Source: Cloacimonetes bacterium UBA6097 (lineage in GTDB: Bacteria; Cloacimonadota; Cloacimonadia; Cloacimonadales; Cloacimonadaceae). From it: 64,000 bases of DNA. The translations under genes and the position numbers were made by a program. Below are positions 1-10,066 of this stretch, one piece after another. Location of the stretch: assembly GCA_002435865.1 (NCBI GenBank), contig DIWV01000002.1, positions 127,370-191,369 on the forward strand, read 5' to 3'. Within the stretch, counting starts at the first letter, position 1. The number at the start of each line of letters is the position of its first letter. The notes under the pieces are model-generated. The model was not told the origin of the DNA. It did no database searches and saw nothing but the letters and a program-made list of their open reading frames with translations.

Positions 1-1
1 G

Positions 2-166
2 AGCGGCATAACTGTAATTTTGGTTACACATGAACAGGATATTTCTCAGTATGCACAAAGAATAATCTCTTTTAAAGATGGAAAAATTCGCTCTGATGTT
101 ATAAATAATAATCCCAAAAATGCATTGGAAGACTTAAAGGCTTTACCGCCATTGGATGAGGATTGA
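2..166 (+). CDS. ABC transporter ATP-binding protein, C-terminal fragment (MacB/LolD-like; 5' end outside window)
   Basis: Frame 2 is open from the window edge to TGA at 164-166. It reads ...ITVILVTHEQDISQYAQRIISFKDGKIRSDV..., the usual C-terminal end of MacB/LolD-type ABC ATPases. It abuts or overlaps the start of the following FtsX-type permease. Confidence 0.6.
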   Translation, partial: SGITVILVTHEQDISQYAQRIISFKDGKIRSDVINNNPKNALEDLKALPPLDED

Positions 167-1385
167 TATGCCTATCATAGCAATTATTAGAATTGCCTTC
201 AAATCCCTGCAAAGAAATAAAACCCGTACATTTTTAACTATGCTTGGCATCATTATTGGAGTTGCTGCTGTTATAACCATGCTGGCAATAGGTCAGGGAG
301 CAAAAAAAATAGTAGATGAACAAATCAGCAGTATGGGCACTAATGTTCTAACCATCTCCTCCAACTTCAGCAGCTCTCGATCCACTGCTAGTGCCGGAGC
401 TGGAACAGGAACCTTGCTTAAGATAGATGATGTTGAAGCTGTTAAAGAGAATGTTAAAGGAGTGCGTTACGCATCTCCCGTAGTCCGCACATGGGGACAG
501 ATTAAATATGGTTCACAAAACTGGCGAACCAGTGTTCAGGGTGCAGATATTGACTATTTCTACATCAGGGATATGCAGACTTCAGCAGGGAATTTTTTTA
601 ATAGTAATGAAGTTCGCTCAGGAACTAAGGTCTGTGTTATTGGTCAGACAGTTGCGCAGAATATCTTTGAAGGTGAAGACCCGATCGATAAAGTTATCAG
701 AATCAGAAATGTTCCTGTAAAAGTTGTGGGAGTTTTGCAATCTAAAGGTCAGAACGTTATGGGTAATGACCAGGACGATATTGTCATCGCACCTTATACA
801 ATGGTTTTAAGCAGATTAATGGGTGACAGACGACCCATGTTAATGATAAATGTCTCAGCAGAATCCAAGGAAATGATACCTGTTGTCCAGCAGGATATCA
901 CCAATTTATTACAGCAAAGACATCGTGATACCACCTCAGAAGATTTCTGGGTGCGTTCCCAGACTGACATTGCAGAAACATCAGAGACTGTCTCCAATAC
1001 TCTTACAATTCTTTTAGCCAGCATAGCAGGTATATCTTTATTGGTAGGTGGAATTGGCATTATGAATATCATGCTGGTTTCTGTCACAGAGAGAATTAAA
1101 GAAATCGGTATCCGCATGGCAGTGGGTGCAAAGAAAAGAGATGTTTTGCTGCAATTCATTATTGAAGCTGTTACTATCAGTGTTTTAGGCGGAATCATGG
1201 GGATTGTGTTAGGTTATGTTGCTGCTAAAATTGTAGGGAATACAATGCATTGGAGTGTTTCTGTTACTGCCTGGTCAATAATGTTATCTGTGAGCTTTTC
1301 GTGTTTGATTGGTATATTCTTTGGCTGGTATCCGGCAAAGAAAGCTGCTAATCTTAATCTGATTGATGCTTTGAGGTACGAATAG
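156..1385 (+). CDS. ABC transporter permease, MacB/FtsX family
   Basis: 409-aa ORF. The N-terminus has SLQRNKTRTFLTMLGIIIGVAAV (a MacB N-terminal TM helix). A periplasmic domain follows, then a C-terminal FtsX-type 3-TM bundle (ERIKEIGIRMAVGAKKRDVLLQFIIEA). An alternative in-frame ATG at 168 lies just after the upstream stop. Confidence 0.85.
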   Translation: MRIDMPIIAIIRIAFKSLQRNKTRTFLTMLGIIIGVAAVITMLAIGQGAKKIVDEQISSMGTNVLTISSNFSSSRSTASAGAGTGTLLKIDDVEAVKENVKGVRYASPVVRTWGQIKYGSQNWRTSVQGADIDYFYIRDMQTSAGNFFNSNEVRSGTKVCVIGQTVAQNIFEGEDPIDKVIRIRNVPVKVVGVLQSKGQNVMGNDQDDIVIAPYTMVLSRLMGDRRPMLMINVSAESKEMIPVVQQDITNLLQQRHRDTTSEDFWVRSQTDIAETSETVSNTLTILLASIAGISLLVGGIGIMNIMLVSVTERIKEIGIRMAVGAKKRDVLLQFIIEAVTISVLGGIMGIVLGYVAAKIVGNTMHWSVSVTAWSIMLSVSFSCLIGIFFGWYPAKKAANLNLIDALRYE

Positions 1386-1392
1386 GCAATAT

Positions 1393-3486
1393 CTAATATC
1401 CCCTGATGCGTTTCAGGATATTTGCCTGAACATTAGCAGGAGTAATCTCATACTTCTTAAATTCAAGAGTATACACAGCTCTGCCCTGTGACAAAGAGCG
1501 TATACGGGTTGCATATCCGAATAATTCACTTAACGGAGCTTCTGCTACTATCTCCTGTTGAAATTCACTGTGTCTTCTGAAGACATCAACTTTCCCGCGT
1601 TTGGAATTTATATCTCCGATAATATCCCCGACAAAATCCTCCGGAGTAAGTACAGTCAGCAGCATAATCGGTTCCATGATAACAGCTTCCGCTTCACGCA
1701 GTGCCTTATTTACCGCTAAAGCTGTGGCTATATGAAATGCCATTTCACTTGAGTTTACCGGATCAAAACTACCGCCAACCAATTCAACTTTGACTCTTTC
1801 CACGTTACTATTAATCAACGGTCCGTCATTTAATGCATTAAAAGCGCTTTCTTCAATGGCTTTCCAATATATGGAAGGAATAACATCATCAGTAATTTTA
1901 TTAACAAAAATGTTCTTTTGCCCTTCCGGCAGATTGGCTAATGAAACCGGAGAAAGCTGTATTTTAACTGAAGCATAATTGACTTTGCCATTCATATCAC
2001 GCTGGAAAACTTCTTCACAGGCAACATGCTTGGATATAGTCTCCTTATATGAAACCTGTGGTGCACCTACGTTTGCATGTACATTGAATTCACGCCTGAG
2101 CCTGTCGATGATTATATCGAGGTGAAGTTCTCCCATACCAGAAATCAGAGTTTGCCCTGTTTCTTTATCCACGCGGACATTAAAAGTGGGATCTTCTTCT
2201 TCCAGTCGTGCAAGTGACTCTTTAAGTATGTCCTGATCTGCCTTGGTTTTGGGTTCGATAGCTATAGAAATCACAGTATCGGGAAACTGCATTTTAGAAA
2301 GCAGGACATTGATATCACCTGATGTTATCGTGTCTCCTGTAACCAGGGCTTTGGGACCTACAATAGCACCAATATCTCCTGCATGCAGAAAATCAAGGTC
2401 GTTCTTGCGGTTGCTCATCATCTGGAGAATCCGCGCAACTCTTTCTTTTTTTCCTGAGGATTGATTAACAAAGGAAGCACCTTTTTTTAACATCCCTGAA
2501 TATACCCTGATATAGACAAGTTTACCCACATATTTATCAATCTGAACTTTAAAAGCTAAAGCTACTAATGGAGCTTTGGGATCACAAGGCAATTCCACCG
2601 GTTCATGGGTTTCCGGTTTGAATCCCTGCGTTGCACCGATATCAAGCGGTGAAGGTAAATAGTCGCATATTGCATCCAGAAGTAATTGAACGCCTTTGTT
2701 CTTTAGGGAACTTCCGCATAAAACAGGTACAAACTGGTTGCGGACTGTACCTTTTCTGATGGCACGCTTCAGTACTTCAACAGGGATTGCTTCACCTTCC
2801 AGATAGCAGGTCATGAGCTCATCATCGTATTCTGCGACAGCTTCCAGAAGCTCCTCATGATAGAGTTTGGCACTTTCCAGATAAGCTTCAGGGATTGCTT
2901 CCAAATGAGTCTGGACTCCCTGCGTTAAAGGATCGAATCGCCAGACTTTCATGGTTACAAGGTCTATAATCCCTTCGAAATTATCTTCTTTGCCAATCGG
3001 GATGTTTATGGGTATAGCTTTATTAGTAAGCCTTTCGTGAATCATAGCAATGACCCTGTCAAAATCTGCCCCGAGCCGGTCTAACTTATTGATATAAGCA
3101 AGCCTTGGCACATGATAACGCTCTGCCTGATGCCAGACAGTTTCAGATTGAGGTTCCACACCCCCGACTCCGCAGAAAATACCTACAGCGCCATCAAGAA
3201 CGCGTAAAGAACGTTCAACTTCCGCTGTGAAATCCACATGTCCGGGAGTATCGATAATGTTTATTTGGTTGTCATGCCAGTGACAGGCAACAGTTGCCGC
3301 CGTAATTGTTATGCCACGTTCGCGTTCCTGTTCCATCCAGTCGGTAAATGTATTACCATCATGGACCTCACCCATCTTATGCAGAAAACCCGTGTAAAAC
3401 AGAATACGTTCTGTAGTCGTGGTCTTCCCTGCATCAATATGGGCAATGATGCCGATGTTGCGAATCCTGGCTAACTTTGTTATCAT
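1393..3486 (-). CDS. Elongation factor G family GTPase (divergent; possibly an EF-G paralogue)
   Basis: 697 aa. G1 is AHIDAGKTTTTE, G3 is DTPGHVDF and G4 is NKLDR. The five-domain EF-G length and C-terminal layout are present. However, the domain IV loops read FQRDMNGKVNY and GGSFDPVNSSE instead of the canonical QSGGRGQ(Y/F) and GSYH(D/E)VDSSE. Confidence 0.85.
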   Translation of the reverse strand: MITKLARIRNIGIIAHIDAGKTTTTERILFYTGFLHKMGEVHDGNTFTDWMEQERERGITITAATVACHWHDNQINIIDTPGHVDFTAEVERSLRVLDGAVGIFCGVGGVEPQSETVWHQAERYHVPRLAYINKLDRLGADFDRVIAMIHERLTNKAIPINIPIGKEDNFEGIIDLVTMKVWRFDPLTQGVQTHLEAIPEAYLESAKLYHEELLEAVAEYDDELMTCYLEGEAIPVEVLKRAIRKGTVRNQFVPVLCGSSLKNKGVQLLLDAICDYLPSPLDIGATQGFKPETHEPVELPCDPKAPLVALAFKVQIDKYVGKLVYIRVYSGMLKKGASFVNQSSGKKERVARILQMMSNRKNDLDFLHAGDIGAIVGPKALVTGDTITSGDINVLLSKMQFPDTVISIAIEPKTKADQDILKESLARLEEEDPTFNVRVDKETGQTLISGMGELHLDIIIDRLRREFNVHANVGAPQVSYKETISKHVACEEVFQRDMNGKVNYASVKIQLSPVSLANLPEGQKNIFVNKITDDVIPSIYWKAIEESAFNALNDGPLINSNVERVKVELVGGSFDPVNSSEMAFHIATALAVNKALREAEAVIMEPIMLLTVLTPEDFVGDIIGDINSKRGKVDVFRRHSEFQQEIVAEAPLSELFGYATRIRSLSQGRAVYTLEFKKYEITPANVQANILKRIRGY

Positions 3487-3710
3487 TTTTTCCTGTCTTC
3501 TATTAAAATCTGTTTGTCTGTGACAAAATCACAAGTTTCTATAGTTTGTCTATGAAAAATTTTGCCCAAGTCAAATTCAGTGTAATTTTAGCTAACTTAA
3601 AGTTGTAAAAATCTAACTGTGTTAAAAATTGTTGCATGTTTATTAGATAGTAGCATTTTTCTTGACTGATAAATAAATGCAATTCCAGATGATTTTTATA
3701 GGGAGACTTC

Positions 3711-6590
3711 ATGAAAAAAGAAAACAGAGTATTATGTATTGTCTTATTTATCATCAGTTTAATTGCATTAAACACATCTCTTTCTGCGATGCAGAAATAC
3801 TGGACGGATGAGCCTTCTACCCGTAATATTGAAAGGCATGATTCACTGACCGGGTTTGATATTACAAAATATGTACAAACAATTAAAATCAATGACGCAA
3901 CTCATTATATTGAAGGTAATATCAAAGCCTATGTCACTTCAGAAAGCAACCTTACCAATATGACTTACGAGCTTATGGGTGGTACCCTGGCGGTAACACA
4001 AGTGTTGGTGAATGACTCGGTAAGTGCTTATACGCATGTAAATGGGATTATCAACATTCCTGTGAATTTCGCAAATGGACAGCAATTTACAACTACTGTA
4101 TTCTATTCCGGCGTTACGGGGCTTGCCCCTTCCCCATATGCAATTGGTCTCAAATTCAATACCAGCGGATGTTATACCTTATCCAATCCTGATGGCGGCA
4201 GATATTACTGGCCCTGTTATGACCATCCCTGGGACAAAGCTTTGGTTGACCAGCACATCACAGTCAGGAGTGACTGGCTGGTAGCAGGACAGGGAATCCG
4301 GCAAAGTATTGTAGATAATCTTGACGGCACCAGAACCCATAACTGGTCCATGAATACCCCTTGTGCTACCTATGTTATTGGTTTTGCTGCTGCTCCTTTT
4401 GTAGAATTCAACCAGATGTCTGGAACAATTCCCATTCAAAACTTTATCCTTCCTGCCAATCTGGCAAATGCCCAGATCTCCCTTTCCCATGTACCTGAAA
4501 TGATTTCTTTTTTCTCTGACTATTATGGACCATATCCCCATGAAAAATACGGACAGGCTGGCATCAGTATTTCTCCATATTCTGCTATGGAAAACCAGAC
4601 TATGACTCTTTTGAGTACTTCCTTGCTATCCGGTACTTATTCCGGAGAACACACAATAGCTCACGAACTGGGTCATCATTGGTTTGGCGATGCTGTTACA
4701 CCTACGTCTATGGTGGATGTCTGGCTTAAAGAAGGCTTTGCTGTCTACTCAGAATTCCTTTGGCAGCATCATTATTACGGTTGGACTAATGGGCTTGCGT
4801 ATTTAGCATCTTCCATACAGAATTACTATCTGAACTGGGAAACCAGCCATACAACCAGCGTATCATATAATCCTCCCTATAATTCAATGTTTTCTCCTGC
4901 AACATATGAAAAAGGCGCATCCATTATCCATATGATGAGATTAAAGATGGGCAGTCCCACCTTTGAAAACTTTGTCCACACCTGGTTTAATACTTATAAT
5001 GGCAGCAACACCGTCACTACTGAGTTTGAAGCAATGGCAGAACAGGTCAGCGGTCTCGACTTCACGCAGTTTTTTAGCCAATGGGTATATAACTATGGTA
5101 TTCCTTCTGCTAAACTTACCTATTTTTCTGATGGGATTTCACAGGCTAAAATTGTTGCCCAGACCAGCAGTACTTCAAACAATCCCTTTGATATTGAAAT
5201 ACCTCTGAAACTGGCAAATTCCACATTACTGGATTCCATCGTTGTAAGAGCTACTCCCAATGGATATGCCAATGTTTTCCCTATGGATATTGCCACCGAT
5301 AATCTTGCCAATATACAGATAGACCCAAATCACTGGGTTTTGAACAGAGGTTATACCGTTAATTATTTTCAGCTTACACAATGTCTGCCGGCAAATCACA
5401 GAGTTACCTTATACTGGAATGCTCTTGCCTGCCCTACTCCTCTAAACGGTTACAATATCTACCGTAAAAACCTGACTACAAATGTAACTTTGAAGCTCAA
5501 CATGTTTCCCCTCGCACAGCTTACCTATATTGATAACGGTGCTGTAAATGGAACCGCATATCAGTATTATATCAAAGCTGTTGACCAGGATGGATTTGAA
5601 TCTTTACCAACCAATACCATGAATGCCACTCCTATTGATTTCCCCTTTGACTGGGGATTCCTTGTTGTAGATGAAACACGTGATGGAACAGGCACAGCAT
5701 TCTCCCCTACAGACCAGGAAGTGGATGATTTTTATAGCAGTGTTTTAACTGGTATTCCTTATTCTTCATGGGATTATCAAAGCATGGGAGCCCCCTCTCT
5801 TAATACTTTGAGCCATTATCCACTGATTCTGTGGCATGGAGATGATTACAGTGAATTTATGATAGATGACGTAATTTCTACCCTGACAAGTTATGTCATC
5901 AGCGGTGGTAAATTACTCGTTTCCGGCTGGAAATACCCCGGAGCTTTACCGCAATCATTCTTTGACCAATGGTATGGAGGAATTGTACCTCTGCTTATTA
6001 ACCAGCCAACTCTTGTCTCTGCAGAGTCAGACTTTTACCAGGACCTGCATCCTGATCCTGATAAGCTGATTACGCTTTGGAATAATAACCTCAGTATGGC
6101 ATATGTCTTCCCCGGTGCTGCCCAGTTTTTCTACACTGCCAATGTTTCTGATAGTCTCATTGGGCACGGAGAACCTCTGGTGGCAAGAATTGATAACAAC
6201 GGTACTATGATTATGCTGGGTTTCCCATTGTTCTACATGATGGAAACAGAAGTACAGGCTTTCCTTAGTGTAATATTGCCGCAGCTTTATCCCAACGTTG
6301 GCGTTGAAGAAGAAAATATTACTCCAACTGCCTTGGCAGTAAAATGCTATCCAAATCCCTTTTCTGGAAACCTGACTATTGATATTTCAGGAAGTAAGAA
6401 TTCACCTGCAGATATTGGAATTTACAACATAAAAGGACAGTTAGTTAAGCAGTTGCAAAACGTAAACGATAAAACGATTAAATGGAATGGAAGTAATGAT
6501 CAGGGCTCACACGTCAGTAACGGAATTTATATCATTCGAGTAAAAGTAAGCAAAAATTCCTATTTCAAGCGCGTGACATTAATACACTAA
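3711..6590 (+). CDS. M1-family zinc metallopeptidase fused to extra domains and a T9SS C-terminal sorting domain
   Basis: Signal peptide MKKENRVLCIVLFIISLIALNTSLSA after a GGGAG RBS. It carries a gluzincin HELGHHWFGD...WLKEGFA motif and an Fn3-like segment. The C-terminus is CYPNPFSGNLTIDI...IYNIKGQLV...NGIYIIRVKV (Por_Secre_tail type). Confidence 0.85.
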   Translation: MKKENRVLCIVLFIISLIALNTSLSAMQKYWTDEPSTRNIERHDSLTGFDITKYVQTIKINDATHYIEGNIKAYVTSESNLTNMTYELMGGTLAVTQVLVNDSVSAYTHVNGIINIPVNFANGQQFTTTVFYSGVTGLAPSPYAIGLKFNTSGCYTLSNPDGGRYYWPCYDHPWDKALVDQHITVRSDWLVAGQGIRQSIVDNLDGTRTHNWSMNTPCATYVIGFAAAPFVEFNQMSGTIPIQNFILPANLANAQISLSHVPEMISFFSDYYGPYPHEKYGQAGISISPYSAMENQTMTLLSTSLLSGTYSGEHTIAHELGHHWFGDAVTPTSMVDVWLKEGFAVYSEFLWQHHYYGWTNGLAYLASSIQNYYLNWETSHTTSVSYNPPYNSMFSPATYEKGASIIHMMRLKMGSPTFENFVHTWFNTYNGSNTVTTEFEAMAEQVSGLDFTQFFSQWVYNYGIPSAKLTYFSDGISQAKIVAQTSSTSNNPFDIEIPLKLANSTLLDSIVVRATPNGYANVFPMDIATDNLANIQIDPNHWVLNRGYTVNYFQLTQCLPANHRVTLYWNALACPTPLNGYNIYRKNLTTNVTLKLNMFPLAQLTYIDNGAVNGTAYQYYIKAVDQDGFESLPTNTMNATPIDFPFDWGFLVVDETRDGTGTAFSPTDQEVDDFYSSVLTGIPYSSWDYQSMGAPSLNTLSHYPLILWHGDDYSEFMIDDVISTLTSYVISGGKLLVSGWKYPGALPQSFFDQWYGGIVPLLINQPTLVSAESDFYQDLHPDPDKLITLWNNNLSMAYVFPGAAQFFYTANVSDSLIGHGEPLVARIDNNGTMIMLGFPLFYMMETEVQAFLSVILPQLYPNVGVEEENITPTALAVKCYPNPFSGNLTIDISGSKNSPADIGIYNIKGQLVKQLQNVNDKTIKWNGSNDQGSHVSNGIYIIRVKVSKNSYFKRVTLIH

Positions 6591-6690
6591 GTTTATTACT
6601 CACAGTTATGATAGATTAGTAAAAAAAGGTATAGAAATTGCATAATATAATGTAATATTTTTTACTGCATCGCAAACATAGGAGTGCATC

Positions 6691-9600
6691 ATGGTCAAAC
6701 AGATAATTATTTTTTTGGTTTGCCTGATTACTGTACAAATTGCCAGTGCTATGGTTATGTGGGATGAGCCTGTAGCTGTTTGTTCTTATGACAATATTTA
6801 TTTCAGGGGCACCGGCACTGCCACCAGCGATGGGTGCCATATCCTACTCTGGACAGATACTGTTGGTTCGCAGACAAATGTCTGGTTACAGAAATTCAAT
6901 GCCCAGCAACAACCTCAGTGGACTTCTCCGACATCAATTCCATTCTGTAACATTTTTGACGCCCGGATAGTTGAAACCAGCGACCACAATTACCTGATAT
7001 TATCTGACGGCGGTAATTACACTTATGCCTGGAAGCTCAGCGGCAGCGGTGCTCATCTCTGGAATACCAACGGAGTAATCGCTTTCAACAGTTATGACCA
7101 AACCTTGAATCTGGATATCAAAGCCGATAATAGCGGCGGCGCATACCTGACCTGGACCGAAGAATACTGGTCTTCTTATTACCAGTTACACATTCAGCAC
7201 ATTGACAGTAGTGGCAGCACCTATTCGTTTAACGGCTTCATCATGAATCCGAATATTTCATCTCTCTATAGTCCGGAATTGATTGTGCTGCCGGATAATG
7301 ATATTGTTATAACCTGCCGTCAAGACAGCTTGATTATTTTGAAGCGTCTGAATCCGGATTTTACTACCCAATGGAGCTTGCAACTCAATTGTTACAACTA
7401 CTACAATACAATTCCAGGTCTGGCTGATAAGAATAACGGCTCATTTTATCTTACAGTTACATCTCAGACATATGTAAAAGCTTATAATTATTCTTACGAT
7501 GGAACTGCGTTATGGAACAATCCTGTTGAAATAGCAGTTGCACCCGGCTACCCATATTATTTTTCTGGAAGGAATACTCAACAGTTCTCTCCTCCGGGGC
7601 AAACTACTCTTATTGTAATGTGGACTGATGGATGTAGAGTCTGGTTACAGAAGTTGAATGACCAGGGGCAGGCATTATGGCAGCCTGGTGGATTACTCGC
7701 ATTACAAACCAGCAGTGAATTGTATACAGCAGGATTGGTTGGAGATGGCAATGGTGGTTGTTTCGTAGCAGTTAATCAGAATACATATCTGAACAACCAA
7801 ACCTATTATCCAATTTATGCTCAGCATGTTTTTAATCATGGGACTGTTCTTACTCAACAGGTGCTGATTAAAAATGCCCTGTCTCCAGTTAACTTGGGTT
7901 CTGAATATTCCGGCTTTAACAACAACGGTCAATTTCTTCTCTATTGGCTGGATTATGCTGTTAACACAGGAGGCATTTATCATCAGGTTATGGATGCTCA
8001 GGGCAACCTGTTAATCCCCGAACCTGAAACCCCCTTCCACTGCAGTTCTGTTGGTCAGATTGCCAATTTTTATTCAGTTCCCAGCTCCTGGGCTGTTCCT
8101 TCGCTGCAGAATACAATGGTTATCTGGTTAGAGCAGAACTTTTTATCCACTTCTAGCAACCGCTTGCAAATCTGCTATCAGATTATAAATCCTTCAGGAT
8201 TTCCTCTATTCCCTGAGGGAAAAAGAACGATATTTACCGGAGGGGCATATGCCAGCAGTTACGTACAAGTGGAAACAACACCCGAAGGCAATACACTTAT
8301 AGTATGGGTAAATAACGGCATTTGGGCTCAGTTGGTTGATGTTAATGGAAATCAGCTCTGGGAACCAAACGGCCGCCTTATCAAGACAGGCATTAGTAGC
8401 GGTAAAATTCAGGTCACCTCTCTTAATGGCGCTTTGTATTTCATTTGGAATGTGAATAATTCGCAGGGGCAATTACGTATCTATGGACAGAAACTTGTCT
8501 CCGGAGTTCCTTTATGGCCTGCTGATGGTCTGCAGTTAGTAGCAGACTACCCCGCTCATCCGGAATATGAGCAACAACTATACGATTTTAAACAGGGCAT
8601 ACTTTTCTTTAGTCAGGGTAGCCTTGGCGTGCATATGCTACCGCTTGATATTAACAATGACCCACCTACTAGTAGTATATTATGGGGAATGCCCCTTGCT
8701 ATGAAACCCTCATCAACTTACGGACAGGATTATATTAATAGTCATCCTCTTGATGAAAACCTATTGGTGCATTTTTCTAATTTTTACAGTTGGTGGGATG
8801 GACATGAATGGTACACACAGTTTTACCCGCATGTGCAGTTGGTCAATGCTGTATGTGACACTCTTGCAGGAAACGCAGGTGTAGGTTGGGGTTTTGGTGA
8901 TAATATTGTTACCAGTGGAAATGATGTTTATGCTTATAGTTGGTATTACAGCAGTTTTACATGGTATAAAGCTTCAACCAGTTTTAGCTTGGAATATAGT
9001 CATGTCTTTAGCTTTCCCGGCAGTGATATTAGTTCTGCAACGGTAAAAGCTCTGGATAACGGTTACTTCCTTGTTCTGGCTCAGCTTCATAGAAACGACG
9101 GATATCATTTTATCTATTTCTATATAGATCCACAGGGTAACCAAATCGTGCCTGCAGACGGAGATTTGTTTGTTAATACCAATTATCTCAATATCAACTA
9201 CTGTATCAATAATAACAGGATATATCCGCTTTGGAATAGTACCCTCAGCGGTGTAAATTACAGTTCTGCTCTGTTTCTACAGAAGCTTAGTGACGGTGGA
9301 GTCGGCATCATAGATGAAACAGATAGTTCTGCACCCTTAGTAATTTTATCAACTCCGTATCCAAATCCCTTTACCGACAAAATAAACATCCAAATCAATC
9401 AAAAAATTACTGCTCCTTTGAAAGTAAGTATCTATAACATAAAAGGACAACAAGTTACAGAGTGGATTTCTTCCGGAACAAATCAACTGGTATGGGATGG
9501 GAAAGATACCGCAAATCATACTGTTGGTAATGGAGTGTATCTGCTTAGGATAGAAACAGGAACAGAACTAATCAGCAGGAAAATTATAAAAGTCAGATAG
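6691..9600 (+). CDS. Large secreted protein of unknown function with T9SS C-terminal sorting domain
   Basis: 969 aa. AGGAG RBS and signal peptide MVKQIIIFLVCLITVQIASA. The body is W/Y/N-rich and repetitive, and looks beta-rich. The C-terminus is PYPNPFTDKINIQI...IYNIKGQQV...NGVYLLRIETG. Confidence 0.75.
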   Translation: MVKQIIIFLVCLITVQIASAMVMWDEPVAVCSYDNIYFRGTGTATSDGCHILLWTDTVGSQTNVWLQKFNAQQQPQWTSPTSIPFCNIFDARIVETSDHNYLILSDGGNYTYAWKLSGSGAHLWNTNGVIAFNSYDQTLNLDIKADNSGGAYLTWTEEYWSSYYQLHIQHIDSSGSTYSFNGFIMNPNISSLYSPELIVLPDNDIVITCRQDSLIILKRLNPDFTTQWSLQLNCYNYYNTIPGLADKNNGSFYLTVTSQTYVKAYNYSYDGTALWNNPVEIAVAPGYPYYFSGRNTQQFSPPGQTTLIVMWTDGCRVWLQKLNDQGQALWQPGGLLALQTSSELYTAGLVGDGNGGCFVAVNQNTYLNNQTYYPIYAQHVFNHGTVLTQQVLIKNALSPVNLGSEYSGFNNNGQFLLYWLDYAVNTGGIYHQVMDAQGNLLIPEPETPFHCSSVGQIANFYSVPSSWAVPSLQNTMVIWLEQNFLSTSSNRLQICYQIINPSGFPLFPEGKRTIFTGGAYASSYVQVETTPEGNTLIVWVNNGIWAQLVDVNGNQLWEPNGRLIKTGISSGKIQVTSLNGALYFIWNVNNSQGQLRIYGQKLVSGVPLWPADGLQLVADYPAHPEYEQQLYDFKQGILFFSQGSLGVHMLPLDINNDPPTSSILWGMPLAMKPSSTYGQDYINSHPLDENLLVHFSNFYSWWDGHEWYTQFYPHVQLVNAVCDTLAGNAGVGWGFGDNIVTSGNDVYAYSWYYSSFTWYKASTSFSLEYSHVFSFPGSDISSATVKALDNGYFLVLAQLHRNDGYHFIYFYIDPQGNQIVPADGDLFVNTNYLNINYCINNNRIYPLWNSTLSGVNYSSALFLQKLSDGGVGIIDETDSSAPLVILSTPYPNPFTDKINIQINQKITAPLKVSIYNIKGQQVTEWISSGTNQLVWDGKDTANHTVGNGVYLLRIETGTELISRKIIKVR

Positions 9601-9619
9601 ATTTCAAATCCTTAATCAA

Positions 9620-9653
9620 CCAGCCGGATAGTGATTTATCCGGCTGGTTTTTT
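9620..9653 (+). terminator. Rho-independent terminator after the 6691-9600 gene
   Basis: CCAGCCGGATA / loop GTGATTT / ATCCGGCTGG stem-loop followed by TTTTTT, 20 nt after the stop codon. Confidence 0.7.
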
Positions 9654-9683
9654 CTTACTTCTCACTTAAATGTTTCTTATTAT

Positions 9684-9784
9684 CTGCAGCATAGTTTCTG
9701 TATAGTTGCAGTATAGTTGCAGTATACTTTCTGTATACTTAGATACAGAAACTATGCTGTTAATATACAGTATATATGCTGCAG
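9684..9784. repeat. Composite palindromic repeat, family A (GCAGTATAGTT/TCTGTATACTT 11-mers), copy 1
   Basis: The sequence is CTGCAGCATAGTTTCTGTATAGTTGCAGTATAGTTGCAGTATACTTTCTGTATACTTAGATACAGAAACTATGCTG...GCTGCAG. It has an internal inverted repeat. It is about 90% identical by eye to the reverse complement of 51931-52020 and closely related to 41718-41803. Confidence 0.8.
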
Positions 9785-9930
9785 ATTTACATATTCTATT
9801 GAGGGAGAAGCAAGCATAGCAAAAGAGTGGAATTTGAATCATCTGATATTTACTTGACTAATTCTGATGTGATGAAAAAATTAATTTTATCAGCTCTTAG
9901 GGAGTGAAAAGAAAGATGTTGCACACTGAC

Positions 9931-9960
9931 CCGTCGTCCCTGCGCAGGCAGGGACGACGG
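9931..9960. repeat. Perfect 13-bp-stem palindrome (family B variant)
   Basis: CCGTCGTCCCTGC GCAG GCAGGGACGACGG. It shares the CCTGCGCAGGGACGAC core with 10610-10632. Confidence 0.65.
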
Positions 9961-10066
9961 ATGTTATATTTCAGAAAAATACCCGACTCATTATTATAAA
10001 TACTGCAAAAAGATAATTCCTATATAAAAAAAACAAACTATTAAATAAAACTAGTTTGGAGCTATC

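Noticed and set aside
1393-3486. Tet(M)/Tet(O)-type ribosomal protection protein
   Set aside because: At 697 aa, with a full EF-G-like domain layout, it fits an EF-G paralogue better than the about 640-aa RPPs. Without an alignment or tree I cannot exclude this option, so the gene is reported only as a divergent EF-G family member.
3539-3892. 117-aa minus-strand ORF in the EF-G / M1 peptidase divergent region (also 6616-6840)
   Set aside because: It is AT-rich and overlaps the signal-peptide coding start and the promoter/RBS of the well-supported plus-strand genes. It has no motif or RBS.
9684-9784. Possible CRISPR array (also considered for 41718-41803, 51715-52020 and 29816-29870)
   Set aside because: The repeat units are contiguous or inverted with no unique spacers of 25-40 nt. 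The units are 11-23 nt, there are only 2-5 copies, and no cas genes are present in the window.
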